DNA of 64,000 bases from Chromera velia (lineage: Eukaryota). The translations under genes were made by a program, and so were the position numbers. The stretch lies in NCBI GenBank assembly GCA_018398765.1, contig JAHBMJ010000201.1, positions 1 through 64,000 on the forward strand. Direction: 5' to 3'. The notes beneath the pieces are model-generated. The model ran no database searches, was not told the DNA's origin, and saw only the letters and a list, made by a program, of their open reading frames with translations. Shown here piece by piece: positions 37,668 to 52,129 of the stretch; the stretch's first letter is position 1, and the number at the start of each line of letters is the position of its first letter.

Positions 37668-40600
37668 CATGCATGCACACACGAACCTCCAAGATTCCCA
37701 TCGTCCCGTGTAGGCCTTGGCTCTCCACTGTGCATTTGTCTGTAACGAGGATGCTTCCTGCACAGATGCGTCCATTTATGCAGGAGACGTGGAAAGTCGT
37801 GGGTCTATGGGGCCTGTTTGTTGACGAGAAAGAAACTGAAGGACGTTTTCTTTCTAGTTCAGGTTCCTTCTCACGCCCCAGTACAAATTCACAAGTACCG
37901 CTACATGGCAGGCACCTTTTTTCTTTCGAAATACTTGTTTCTCCGCGCGAGCTTACTATCTTTGTGTTCTCCGTGTGTGCCCATCACATTGAGATGAACT
38001 GACCTCTGGTGTTGACGGACAGAGCGCTGGGGGTTTTGGAGGACTCTTTGTTGCTGTTGACCTCAAAGACGAAGTTCCTCGAGAAATGGCAGCGCCTCAA
38101 TTCGACTCTGGCGTTCCACTTTGAGTCCTGCAGCTGCTGCACGGACAGAGAACCCCCGTCTTCTGCAGTCGTCCCAACCGTGGGGAGGATTCTGTTCTCC
38201 TCGAATGAACAGCCTGTCAGGTAGACGTCGGCTGAGTGGATGAGGACAGCACCAGCTCTGGCGGGGGCGGAGTTGTTGCTGCGCACACACGTACACACAG
38301 AGAGTGCAAAGCGAGCAGTTTGAAATAAGTCCCAGTAGTACACGCACAGCCTTTGCTCACACGCATTCATTCATGTTGAGCTTCTCAGAGAAAGGGGCGT
38401 GTGAATAAATCGCTTTTGTGTTTATTACAATGCGCGGAGAGAGGACCGCTAATATACTCATCCCTTTTGACCCTATCTTTTTGTTTCTGTCTGCGCGACT
38501 TTTGACTGTTGTGGAGGACAGCAGATTCCGCAAGAAGGATAATCCTTCTCTCTTTTACGAGAAACATTTTGGACCCCTCGTGTGCCTGACCTGAAAGCAC
38601 ATTCCGTGAAGTTGAGTGCAGGGAAGGATACTGCCAAGGCGTCTCGCCTTCCCATCTTTTCCAAAGAAAAAGTTCCCTGGAGAATCTGAACGCTTGCGTA
38701 GACAGCCCCCCCGCCTGTGCGCGGTTGTTCCTCATCTCCCACCAGCCCCTCAGTCTCCCCGATCCCGGAGAGAAGCAAAGACTCCAGAATGGTGGGAAAG
38801 TCCGAGGCGGGGGCGTCGCTTGGGAGCACTACCTGCCTGCGGCCGTATTGTAGCCTGAACTTCTCTCTCGTCCGAGAGAAGTGGGCTAAGTCTGGTTTGA
38901 CCTGCAGACACAGGGCCGAGTTGAGAAAAAGAAGAAGGGAGAGGAATACGAAATTGCGTCGCAGTTTGATGGATCACGGCACGCATGCTGTCTGAGTGCT
39001 GACCTCGTTGTTTTCAAAAATCGTTCTCTCCACCTGCACCGAGAACTTCTGCGGCGCCTTTGCGAAGGAGGACAGCGCCAGGGCTCCTCCTTTGACGCGG
39101 GCGGTGTTGGCTCTCATTTGGGCATCTGCGTTCGTTCAGATAGAGAGAGGAAAGCTCAGTGCGAGAATCAGCGGAAGGAAAAGGAGACGCAAATCCGTAC
39201 GGCTCATTGTTTGAAATAATGCTGTCCGCTCTCTCATGCTGGGTCCACTCAGGATCAAATCATGCGCCTTTATGCTCCCTCCCTCCATGCTTTCCTTTCT
39301 GGACTCAAAGGTTTGATTCCGTCAACTGAAGAGTAACAAAAGCATGCACCGACGTGAGTGCATGTCTGATGAACTGTCAGAAGCGTGCATGCACTTCCGA
39401 ACTTTTCGAGTGCTCAGGCAAGGAGGACAAGAAAATGCTGCCACAGTGATGCTGTAAATTTTAATGCTTGCGACCAATCCCAGGAGGCAGATTCACTTAC
39501 ACACAACATAAACCAAATACGCACCCACCTTCAATGAGAACCCCGGACCCAGGTGTCACAGAGGCAGAAGGGCCCAGGAACACAGCCAGGGCTCCCCCTT
39601 GGTGTCCGCTCTTGTTGTCCTCAAACTTGCATCTCCGAAACACCGAGGGGCGTCTTGCTAGGGTGTTGTAGACCAGCAAGACTGCCGACCCCATACGGAG
39701 GAGGTCCTCTGTGTCGACTGAGTACCGCGTGTCCAGCCTGAGGACTGAGGTCACCAGACTCTGCGTTCCCTTTCCCTTTCCCCCAGCTGTTGCAGACTCC
39801 TTCACGGGCTCCATCAGCATCCGGGTTTCCAACGCATTTCTCACCAAGGGCACGGTCTCCAGATGAGCAGCTGCATGTCCACAAAGGCTCATGTCTGTGT
39901 CCAGCAGCAGGACTTCGGAGTCAATCGCCATCACACAGTAGGAGGGGGATCCCCGTACCTGCAATCATTCATACTCATACAAACAGCAAGGTCAGTCACT
40001 CCACATCTAGTCGGAAAGGCTTTGTTCACTTGGGGGAGACAAGCAAATGAAACTGAAATGACGAAGGGCAACCTGTGGCACATTTCATACAACTCTTGAG
40101 CATCTGCAAGTAATGTCATTCTCAGATCAGCTCACCTCGATTTCTGAAAGAACAAGCCTCGAGTGGTGGAGAAGAAGGACGGAGAGAAATTCCGGCCCCT
40201 CTTTCCAGTTCTCTGAGTCGGAATGCGATACCGTTCCTCCAGCCGTGTCTCTTCCCCCCTCTCCACCCTCCTTCACAGCCCCCTCCTCGGCTTCATTTCC
40301 TCTCTGCTCTGATCCCGAGGAAGCTCTTGTCATCCCCTCTCCCATTGATTCGACTGCAGAGGTTTGGGGAGAGACGAAGGTCAACGAAGGTCCAGTCACC
40401 AGTGCTCCATCTGTCTGGATCTGCAGACCTTTCGAGAGTGTGGAGTTCATCCTTTCGGCCTGTCTTGAAAGCATCATCTCCGTCCAACTCGCCACCTCCT
40501 TTGCCTCCCGCTCCACGTCACCCACGGTGGAAGTCGAGAAGCACGTCAGAATCGGCCGAATGCCGTCAAATGCAAGGAGGCCCCCCTTTGGGCCTATGAA

Positions 40601-42766
40601 CACGTGTCTCTGCGAGAGGAGCATTTCGGTCTTTGGAGAGATGCCCACAGAGTGGGACCAGTGACGGGAGCTACAAAGATCAAAGCTCACACGCCCTTTC
40701 CGAGGAGAACCAGCACCGTGAGACTCCAAAGAAGAAGATGAAGAGTCAATAGGGGGCTTCCAGGGTCTGAGGAGAAGGGCACACCTTCGAGCTCGCAGTC
40801 TGTTGGGGTCCTCAGTGGCCTCTGCCTGGGAGCGATGCTCGTGGCAGAGCTGAGTGGCTGTCGGGAGATCGCAGGCGCTGCACACAGAGAGAGATTAATT
40901 TCAACACAGGAGAGCGAAGTCAGTCATAAGGAGACAATTGTGATTCTCTGTCTGTTTTAGCTGCTGAAATCACATACATGACCTCCAAAATGTCGACCTA
41001 CACTGGATTCCATACATGCACCTCGTCGATTCTTCCCCTTTGTGCATGTGTGGAGAATTCTCTCCCATTCTTTCTTCTTTGTTTTGAGAGCACTCAAGTC
41101 GGAGAAAACAATTAAGCAAAGAGAGCACACACCGAAAAGAAAGCAAATCATGGTCCAAACTCACATCAGCGGCCCTTCAGAGTTGTCCCCTGCCGAGCTT
41201 CCTCCTTCCCTCAAGTGCACACAGGGTCCCCTGCCTCCTGCAGAAGAGGAGGGCAGAGCATCCCTCTCCTCCCTCGACATGACCTCTATCCGAATCCATT
41301 CCCCCGAAAAAATAACCCCCTCCTCCACTTCGTTTCTGAAAAGAAAAAAGGGGGGAACCAGGTCCTTTTCTGTGTTTGAAGGTCGAACAGATGATCCTGG
41401 CTGTGTTGTCTCAACCCCTACTTCCACAAACTCAGAAAGGTCTCCTTGCTGCTTCTCATAAGATTGCGGCACGGCCTCATCCTCCTCAAAATTCCTCTGT
41501 GCAGTCTCAGTCTTCCCTTGAGATGCCTCTGGATCCGCCTCTTCCACCTCTCCACCCCCACCCCCACCCACCCCAAGCAAAGGTCTTCCTCCCTCTCCCC
41601 CACTGCGATCTCTCTCCAAAAAAGTGAAGGCCGCAAGAGCCTTCCTCAGTCCAACCGGCTGGTGTCCCACCAGATGCCCATCATCCACACGCCCCCCGTT
41701 GGATTCCAAACATTGGATCACGTTCTGCAGACAGGCGAAAACTCACAGAGAGAGAGTGAGGGGAAGAAAAGTGAAAACATACATACAGCTAGTAAAAGGG
41801 GTCTGCATCACACGAAAAGAGAAATGCCACGGAGAGCTTGAAAAGAAAGATGAAAAACAAAAAGTATTGACCCCCCGCAAACACCTACCCTCATGTATGC
41901 CATCCCACCAATCTGTTCACCCACCNNNNNNNNNNNCCACCCACCCACCCAAAGTTCGCTCTCCATGGCCTTCCACGGCGTTCCCTTTCTGGCCAATTCT
42001 CTCTGCCGTCTCGCCACTGATGTGTGGAGAAGCCTCTCGTCCCCCAGGGACTGCGGGAGAAAGTCTTGGTCACCCTTCTTCGATCGTGCCATTGACCAGG
42101 GTCTCAACTGCAAGCAGACAAGAAAATGAACGCCAATGTGCAGACTGACTGACACACATGCCCACGAACCTGGGGACATGTGCACATGCCTGCAGGATCC
42201 GAAAATATACCCGTATGCTCATGAGCGATCTACAAAGGTTCGCATACGTGCACACACATAGACCTGCACAAAGACAGATACAATCATTCTCTAAGATGCG
42301 TGCAGTCCCTTCTAATTCTTCTTTATATGCCAAGCCGCTTGAGCGTTCACATTTCTGCCCCTGTCAAGCTTACAGTGCCGGAAAGAAGGTCATCGATCAT
42401 GTGGGTGTACAGGTCGGCTTTCATCTTGGGTGTAGGCGCATCGTGCTGGATCCATACCATGTGCTGCACAGGCACGAGCAAAGATGGTGACACAAAGCCG
42501 GATGCATGATGAGAGACCTTCAATGTAGATGAAGGCGGAGTCTCGTGTGCAGTGCGATCGCAGTGTAATGCACGTCCACACATCCGGTGCATGTACATAC
42601 AAACGCTTGAGCGTGATGTACGGATATGCAAACATGTAGCGTCACTTGTTTCATTGCAAGGATCACTGACCATCACACGCGTGTCGCAAGAGCAAACGCA
42701 TAGAGAAAGCCTACAAAAAGTCTCAGTAAGCCGTCGGTGTGCTTCTATACAGATGTGCAGACTGAC

Positions 42767-42815
<49 letters not shown>

Positions 42816-45800
42816 CCTGGAAGACGATATCAGAAGCAGCAATCGACGCTGCAATCTGAATCGGCATAATTCCTCGAGCGTTCACTTCGTAGCTCCTCAA
42901 GTTGTCCGATAAGTTCACCAGCTCCTTCAGCATGGAAAGGCCCTTCTGCAGTCCAGAACAGGAAAGCCAATGTCTAGGATACATTGTCAAACTCGTGGAC
43001 AAGGGGCGTGCACACACACGCTTGAGCTCGATGAGTTGACAAAAGCTCACTCATACTCTCACAAACTTCTCCAGCACTCATTCCTGTGCCCACACTTATT
43101 CGCTTTCTGATTAGGCAAAAGAGCTTCACTTCCATTCCATTGCAAATTAAGCCCTGCAAAATCACATGTCAAGCGAACAGACCCAGAGAGATACTAAAAA
43201 GATTATAATTCATCAGACCCAGACCCAGATAAATAGAGACAGTGAAGGCACGCAGCTGACAGACAGACATTCTGGAGCACGGGTGCTTTGAATGCGATGA
43301 TATGCAGCGGAGTCGACTTCTCCAGAAGGTCAACGCAGGAGGAGCCCTCCAAAGTCAGTCCCACAACCAAACGGCAGTCGTCGCAATTCTGCTCCCATTG
43401 ACGATTCCCGGCGCTCCACAGCCCCGGAATTGCCTCTCTTTGGTTGTGGGCGATTGCAAACATGAGCAAGTTGGCCTGCAGATTCGCATCGACGGAGCTA
43501 TTGTTCCCTGTTCACAACGTGAACTTCAAGAGGAAACCAGCAGACAAATGCATTGTCTAGTCTTTGGGATGTCATTGAAACGACTTCTCTTCTCTTACTT
43601 CAGAACTTATGATCTTTGTCAGTCAGACACACTGGCGCGTAGAAGAAGAGCGACCATGTCATCAAGGACAAAAATGCGACACAAAGAAGGAAAAGGAGAA
43701 GCTGTCGAGCGCTGAAAAAAGAAACTCAAAGATCCAGACAACCCTGTTGCTGGACGTCTGTGTGACAGTTGTTTTTCTTCCCGCTCAGGCGTAAAGTTGA
43801 TCGAGCTTTGACTGACATCATCCAGAGTCTTGTAGGAATTGATATCGATTTTGAAGACCTGAATGAGGGCTGTGACGGCATCGAGAGCCCTCTCGACCTT
43901 GTATGACTCTGCCAGTTGGGCTTCTCTGTTGTGAAAGATCATGTTCGGATTGGGGGCCTCTTGCCAGCCCTCCAGAGGACACGCAAATCTGGATCTGGGG
44001 TCCGTTGTTGCTGTCCATTTTCTTTCAAGAGCCAGTGCATAGAAGCCCGGTCGAACCCCGTGGTTGTCTGCAGGGCAGAGGGAGTCGACGATGTCTTCCT
44101 CGGAGATAGACCAGTGAGCTGTCCCTCGTTGTCCCCGTTTCTCGTCCCCCCTACATTCCCATTCTCCGTCACTCACCCCTCCTCCTCCTCCTCTCACTGG
44201 CCATACGCCACTCTCTCCTCTCTCCTCATTTTCTCCACACGGGAAATCGTGTCTTCTTTCCCCCTTTCTTTCATGTCTCCTGGAGGCCTCAAACAACGAG
44301 AAGATCGTGCTGTAGGCCCCTGCTGCCTGCACACAATCAAGATCCAAGCAGATCTTCTTGCTGCCTGTGGGGCACAAGACGAAAGTTTCGACCCCGCGTA
44401 ATAGAGCTCGCGTCCGTTGGGCTGGTCTCTCACAGGGGGTGGCTTCTTGAAGGCAAAGCAATTGAAAGAACAAAGAAAGAAAAGCGATATCGCAGGGGAG
44501 GGGAAAGCAGAGACTTGAGAAGAGCGGTTGAAGAGAGAGAAAGAAAAACAGTTTGAACGCTCAAAGGAAGAGACGAACACAAAAACAAAAAGCTGCATAT
44601 CAGTCAATTAACCAACGCACGTTTGCTCGAGAGCTCAGGTCGACGTAGTGAAGTGCCGACCGCCCGTGGTGGTCTCTCTGTGTAATGTCTGCCCCAAAGT
44701 CGACAAGCATCTTCAATGCCTTCACATTATGTCTGCATGCAGCAGATGGATCGATCAATCGAGATGAACCGACAATGAAAATCACTGTCAGGACAGGAGC
44801 AGGAGAATCGGCTTTGAAGGATCGACCAGATGACTTTTCATTCCCCAAGTGCACATTCTACTGACAACGAAGACGAGGACAGTAGAAAGCGAAACAGGCA
44901 CACAATGGATGCCGGGTCTCGCGCAGTTGCGTTGTCTGTCGAATATTGGCATAAGGAATCCTTCGCAAATCCCAACAAATTAAGAGCAGGCCGCCGAATT
45001 ACTTCACAGCCGCTTGTGCGGAAAAAGCAATTTTCGTCACGACTAGCGGTGAGTCGATCAGCCTCTGCCCGCCCTCTCCTGACGTACCTGTATGCAGCTA
45101 TATGGAAGGGGCTTCCAAAGCCGCAGTCGCACACACTGAACAGGCCACGGTATTTGGTGCCGTATCCGGCTTCCATCGGGACTCTCTCTGCGTGCAAAAT
45201 GAAGGGAACCTCACTGGGAGGCACCTGGGAGGCGAATTCGTCCAGCGAGAGCTGACAAACCTGCATGGATGCATGAGCACACGGATACATGCATGCATGG
45301 GCTCAGTCAGCCTGTTCAGGTGCAACAAGGGTTGTCTGAGGGATCTACAAGGCAGAAATCTGTCTTGGGTTTCGGTATTTCTTTCACGATGAAATCGAGC
45401 GATCCACAACTTTTTTCCATCGTAGCAGAAACATGCACGCAGGTCGAGTTGCGGACTCTCTGGATCCAGAGCGCACATGCAGGTTTTTCTGTGTCAGGGT
45501 CATATAGACGGATGGGTCTGGGCCCATAAAGAAAGCGACATTAATGTCATTTGGACTCTTCAACCTCCCAAAAGGAAGACAAAATGAGGTTCCTCTCTCG
45601 GGAGGGATACACCGGTTACTGACTGCATGACTGACATCTGCATTAGAGAATTTCAAAAGCCGGCGATCATCGTTGTCTGACAGATGAGCAACGTTGATGC
45701 CCTCAAGACTTCCCTTTACGACCTTCAGGCCTCCCTCAGTTGACTCATGGGGGCCCCGTGACCGCACAATGCCCCTTCTCCCCCTTCCTCCCCTGAGGCT

Positions 45801-48547
45801 ATTCCCCCTTCCCGCCCCGACCCCGACGCTTCTTCCTGCCGCCTCCAGCGCGAGACCCTGCGAGAGAGCTGAAACCTCCAGCACCGCTCTGAGCACATCG
45901 GCACTTCCGAACGCGGCTCTCTTGCTGCAATCAACATCCGTTCATTTCGTGAGTCAGCTCAGAGGATCCTTACTTCATTCCAACTAAACGCAGATATGCA
46001 CGTCCCTGTTGTGTGGAATGCGGATCCCCTGCATGGAAGAATGTATGCAAGGGACGGAAACTCCTGAAAGCCAAATTTTCTCTCTTGCATCTCAACTAGC
46101 TTACCCACTACCTTCCTCTCCTCATAACCGACTATTATGAGACACTTGACAATGACTCTACACGTGCCTCTCCAGGATGATCACCCTTTACCCCATGCAT
46201 AACTGACATCGATGTACACAGAGATCCAGACTGGTACTTCCTCCATTCGAGAGTCTTTTGATCTGCAGACACACTCGATGAGCAGAAAAAAAGAGACAGA
46301 GAGACTGAGAACGACAGGCAGCATAGGGCGATTTGCGGACAGCTTGTCTTTTCTGAAAGGTCTCGACCGAATTCCTGATCGTGAAAAAACTTAAACGGCT
46401 TTTGTTCTTCCATGAGCGGATGCATCGTATGATCGTTCCGCGAGATTTTGTCCAAGAAAATGATACTTACTTGCGTGAAAGTTCCGAATGACCCGTGCCG
46501 CCCCCTTGATTCCGAGATGCTCAGGACCTTGTAGCTCTATTGCACAGTCGAGAAGACTAGGTTCAGTCACGTAGGCGACAGTTGCGTTCTTTGCAAGTCC
46601 CCGAGTAAGGGGCCATTCTGGAGCGTAGAGATAAGGAGAGGTACCGTTGGGGGTCCAAAAGGCCCCTTCCATGTCCTCCTCTCTCAACTCAGCATCTGGC
46701 TCCCAATCGCGAAAGAAATCGGCAACACTGTGGGCCCTCAGTAAGGCATCTATTCGGACCTCCAAATCCCTCTGGCGTCTCTTCACAGCCTCCTGCGGCT
46801 CAGCAAGAATTGTCCCATTGAAAAACGCCTCCACTTCTGGCGGTCTCTGTTCCTTTATCCCTTCCCAGACATTCAATCCCCCTTTTCCCTCCCCGTCTCC
46901 TTCTTCTGAGGACCCAAAGATATTTCCTCGAGGGAACCTCCACTCGTATATTTCCTGGTCCTCCTCTGTGGACCTGAAGGAGCCTTTGAGGGTCCCTAGA
47001 TCTTCACGGGCCCACAGAAGATTCACCGGAGACGCAGAGGCAGAAGGGACAACGGGGGTAGGACAGAGTGCAGAGCGGAAGATGCCCTGTGTTGCCAGTT
47101 CGGGCATCGTGCCGTTCCTTTGGAGTCTTTGCTCCTGTTCCCACCGAGAGGCGAGCTTATGGACCAACGGAAGAGGTCCAAATTTAGCGGCGAGTCCGAG
47201 CTTTCCGGGAAGACCGAAGGGATGCTGCCATTCATTTTCGAGGGCCTCGAAGAATACAGGGGCGGCATAGGACTGTCTGGCGATGGCCAAAGAGACCAAA
47301 TCCTCCAGACCGTATGTGAACCTGTCGAAACGGCCACCGAGAATGTGGTACAGCTGGTGCTTCAGATCCGCTCTCCTCTCCTGCTTCGTTGTGACGGCAT
47401 TTTTCACCTCCTCCACCAAGGTGAGAAGATCTGAGGGGTTTGGGGGCCGTCTGAGGAGTGCGAAGGGGTCGCACCTTGCCTGTGTGGGTAGTGCTACCTC
47501 GTGGTTCAGGCATCCGATAGATGCAATCGCCAGCGCCCAGTGGTCGCTCGCGAACCTGGAAATGAAGAAAGGCATTTGCATGGAGATGCGTGTCTTTCTT
47601 TTGGTTGTGATCGAGTCAGTGTAAAAAAAGAGTGATCAGAAAACGTGGTTGAAAACCAAAAGGAGAAGTCAAATTTAGAGAAGAGAAGAAAGCCTAAAAA
47701 CAAGGACGGCGGATCGGTTTCAAAGAAAGGCCCAGAACCCGTATGTATTGTATTCATGTAGTCCTCCACTCAGGCAGCAACACAAAAAGAGAGCATAGAT
47801 GAAACCAAGGCAAGAAGAAAGAAGCAAGAAGACGGGAGAATGAATGAGCAGACGGGGGGGCGAAACGAGATCGATAAGTGATGAGAGAAATTCCTCCTCA
47901 CCTCATTTGGTCCGCCTTCTTCAACTCTGCTTGCTTCTGTTTCAGCATTCGTTCGTTCCGTCTGTGCACCCCCTCCCACCGAGCTTTCATCACAGACAGC
48001 TTCTTTTTCGACACACTTTTTTTCATTTTTTCTCGCTCCTTGAGGCCCTTCTTGGCTCGTTTTAGTGCGCGCTCGGCTGCTTTGATTCGCCGCTTCAGCG
48101 CCTCCTTGCCATGTTTCCGGATGACTTGGAGAAAGTCCCCGAAGAACTTCACGTCCCCATGCAGTGCTGCTAAGCTTAGAGGGTCAAGAAATGGCACGTA
48201 GACTTCTTTGTCAATGCGGTCGCCGCTCAATTTGAGTTCCTCCAGACCTGCAGTTGGGACTCGAAGTTGTTGGATCACCTCAGTCTCAATTCTCTGCATT
48301 CATTCAACACGTACAGAGAGCACAAGAGAAGGAATCACAAGGAACAAGAGAGTGCGCGTTTCTTGTGTAATTTGAAAAGATACTTCTCATACCTGAAAGA
48401 TTCTTTATTGTCTGCATAGCTTCAGACAGACAAAACAAAAGACGAAAGACCAAAAACTCCCACGACACGCATGCCAGCGCAGGAGAGGAGTCTGGTTCTC
48501 CGAGTGAGTGAGTGAGAGTGTCTTCAAAAGCAAACCTGATATACACA

Positions 48548-48603
<56 letters not shown>

Positions 48604-48609
48604 GAGAGA

Positions 48610-48682
<73 letters not shown>

Positions 48683-50533
48683 GAGAGAGAGGTAAAAAGC
48701 AGAAGACCAACAAGGAGAAAGAGACAAAAAGAGAGACAGACAGACAGACAGACGGACAGACAGAGAGACAGAGAGACAGACAGACAGACCGACAGACAGA
48801 CAGTAGAATGACAGACCCTTGTTTGAAAGAGAGTCTGGTCCAATGAAATTTGGATGTCTCCGAAGGTGAAGTCCACCTTGCGCAACTTTGGTTCATTCTG
48901 CAGCAGTCAGTGTTTCGACACACACATGAACACAGCCACACATGCACGCACAGAAACACGCACAGTCTGTCTCAGAGCACAGAGACACAAAGAAAGGGCG
49001 CTGAACGACGACAAAAAGAAATCAAATTCCTGCAGTGATTCGGAAATCTGAGTGACACAAACTGAAAGAGGAGGACGGGAGACCACGTCCCTACAAGAAA
49101 CTCGCTCAATCCTGTTGGAGTTTAGCCGCGGTGCCACAAGATCCAAAAGTCAGTCTCTTCTACTGCCACAAGCGCTTCTCTTGCTTCTTTTTGGCGCTTT
49201 TTGACTTTTCATAAATACAGAGACGGACAGGAGTGAAACAAGCAGTCTGTCTGTCTGACTGACTGACTGACTGACTGGTTGACTGACCGACCGACCGACT
49301 GACTGACCGACCAATCGACCGACTGACCGACCGACCGACCGACCGACTGACTGACTGACTGGCTGACTGGCTGACCGACCGACTGACTGACTGACTGACC
49401 GACCAACTGACTGACCGACCGACCGACCGACTGACTGACTGACTGACTAACACGCAAAGGGAAGGAAGGAAGGAAGGAAAGAAAGAAAGAAGGCAGGAAG
49501 GCATGACTGCATTCCCGACCAACCGACCGACCAAAAATGCAGGCCATTGCTCCAGCTGAGATTCCACGAGGTTCAAATCTTTTGAGACGACTCCAATAAT
49601 CAACTGATCAAAAGCTTCGGACTTTCCGTTCGCAGGAGCGTCTGTTGGGGGGAGGAAGATCTTGAGGCAACCTCCAAACTCAGAACGAATCATGCCCTCA
49701 CCACATCCATCGAATCCCTGTCCTCTGTCCTCCCCCAAGCCCTCTTCTTTCGAGGATCCTTTCCCTTCTTCTTCTTCTTCTTCTTCTTCTTCTTCTTCTT
49801 CTTCTCCTCCTTCTTCTTCTTTTTCCACGTCGTCCCCATTCTTTTTCTCATTCTCGTTGGTGTCATTTTCATCCGGTGAAGAAAAGGAGGCAGACGCTAA
49901 GAATCCGCTTTCCTCGTCCTTCTCTTCTCCTACACCCCTATCCGCCCTTCCAACAGTCTTTTCAGCCTCACTTGGGACCTCCTCTCTCCATGCTGTATTT
50001 CTCTCCACCCCCTCAACGTCTTCATTGTCATTCGGTGGGGGGACAGAGAGGACGCTCGCCTGGTTTTCGTCATTCGAAATCCCAACAGACAATCTCTCCA
50101 CCGCCCCCTCCTTCTGCTGGTCCCTCGCTTCGGAAGACTCCGTCGCACCTTCCAGCAGACCCCAAGCCCCCCTGTCGTCACCATTCCATGCAGGTTGCTG
50201 CGCTCTTCCATGCGAATTCAAAGTCTTGGACGGGCCTCCACCTTCCACAAACTGCATCATGTCGGACGGAATGCCGTCAATGACCACCACTCGGGCACCG
50301 TCTGTTGTCTCTTCCAATACATATCTCCGGTCCTGGGCGTGAGAAGTGAAGGTAGAGGGAAGTGGAAGCGAGAATTGAAGTGAATGGGCGCGCCTGAGCC
50401 GGGACCCGACCCCAGCGCCGTTCCGGGGCAACGCCCCCCTCGTAGGAGAAGTAAATGAAAAGTACAGAAGTAGTGCAAAGGTGCTACGAAAGCCAAACGC
50501 GATGAAAGTGCCATGCGCCTTCCAGCATGTCAT
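31169..50533 (-). CDS. Giant (~3,000+ aa, >30 exons) receptor-like protein: signal peptide, acidic tract, ankyrin repeats, PMP-type beta-helix, Cys-rich region, multi-TM C-terminus
   Basis: Phase-compatible GT-AG chain traced through most junctions; ankyrin GSPFHIAAYR|HNVKALKMLVDFGADITQRDHHGRSALHY; FEDNKSGHQGGALA, ANTARVKGGALA, FSNNSAPARAGAV; CPNGASC, PGFW, MTGRFCAEC; WDATFLLRRLLLVAV...TPFKRVLDHACE; stop at 31169. Confidence 0.7.
32869..32962. repeat. 47-bp tandem duplication spanning an exon end and splice donor
   Basis: Two copies, one mismatch. Confidence 0.9.
48540..48800. repeat. Intronic (CA)n/(GA)n/(CAGA)n microsatellite
   Basis: Directly visible. Confidence 0.9.
49245..49531. repeat. 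Intronic (GACT/GACC)n and (GAAG)n microsatellite
   Basis: Directly visible; follows the exon 1 donor of the giant gene. Confidence 0.9.
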
Positions 50534-52129
50534 AGCGACTGTCTCTCAAGTCGGAAGGAAAGCAGCGACGCACGAAACCAACGATGAATGGTGAATATCC
50601 AGACTGTACAAGTGTGTTCGTCGACTGATCGACAGGCAAAGGAGACAAAGAGCAACCAATTGCTATGCTTCACCGAGTCGCTTGTTTGCTTCTGCACACA
50701 TTGACTGCAAGAAGATTCTTCTTTTCATCTACCGGGTCGATCCCTCACTGTTAGAACGAAAGTCAAGCCATGGCATGCTCTGGAAAACACTCCTGCATGC
50801 ATGGCGTCCCGGGTGACAGTCTCCATGAGCGTGCGTGCCATTGCACCTCAAGGCGGTTTGCACTTTCAGGTGGCTCGTTGTACTTTCTGCTAGTGTTTCT
50901 CTCTTGTTTACGCACTTGTATGGCGCTTCTCTTCAGCGACAACTCCAACAGGTCGTGCACTTCTTATCCAATTGCGTGCTTGTTCACACAACACTTCGTA
51001 CATGCAGGGCAGCTGCGTATCGGTCGGGCGAAAAGTGCATGAAAGGCGACGCGGAGCTTCTACACTTGAGAGTGGCCGCGCACTGCGCGCAGACCCCGTG
51101 CACCCCCGCAGGCCCCGATGTCGGTCGAGTCCGGAATAGAAAGGGGGTTGTTACACACAAAACTTCTTAAAGTCTGAAGTAGTCTTCTTCTAGTGTCTGA
51201 AGCCTCAGCAATGCGGCGCACCAGGCCACACCTTTGCCGTCGCAGAGGCGACTGAATTCTGGTCTGAATCTGGTCGAACGGCAACTGTAGTTAACCTCGC
51301 ATACCAATCTATACTAATCAAATTAAATAATGTAAATCAATCATTATTACTCTCACAACAGCTATATACAACTTGAATGCTGTTATACTTTTAGGCAAAA
51401 CATTTTTTTTTCCTAGTCATGTCACAACTCGTGTGGTCTTCATGACCAGAAACCTTCTCAGGAAGGTTCGCCAAGGTGTTCATGGCACATAAATTTTAAC
51501 ATAATAACACGTGCGACCAAAGTAAAAAAACATGTATTAAAAATATTTTTTTAAAAAATAAATTTTTAAAATGCACAGTCTTTATCCAGTAAGCCTTTTG
51601 TCTAATACTTAGTGACTAGTCTTAGTCCCTTAGTGTTCATTCCCAGTCACCATCGTCGTAAGGGGCCTGAATTGCTGCGACCCCCCCAGCAGTGCTGAAT
51701 GAAGCTTCCTCCCTCTAAATATTGATATCTGCCTATCAAATCGGAATAAATCGTAAGATCGTCTTTGTTACTCTTTGTGTGCTTTTCCACTTTCATAGAC
51801 CCTTCTTTCCCTACAATGGGTTTGAAATATATCTCATACAACGGCCTTCGGTTTAGCGTTTAAGCATCATCTAACATCATAATCATCACTTTGTTTTACG
51901 TCGTTTATATTTATTTCACTCAAATTATGACTTAATTCCTGTAGATATTTGTTTCAATTAGTTTCATGATACATTCATGCACTGTGTATGGTGTGATGTG
52001 GCCTAGATATATAATGAATACTAAGAGTAACTAGCACAACATTATCAATATGCATGACTTTCGATTGACGCATGCAGTGTGCAGAATCACTGCAGCTAGA
52101 TCGTTTCATCATTCAAATTTGCTTGATTT

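Noticed and set aside
51647..51890. Possible second LINE tail, (ATC)n-like, with a short ORF
   Set aside because: Single copy in the window with no recognisable domain
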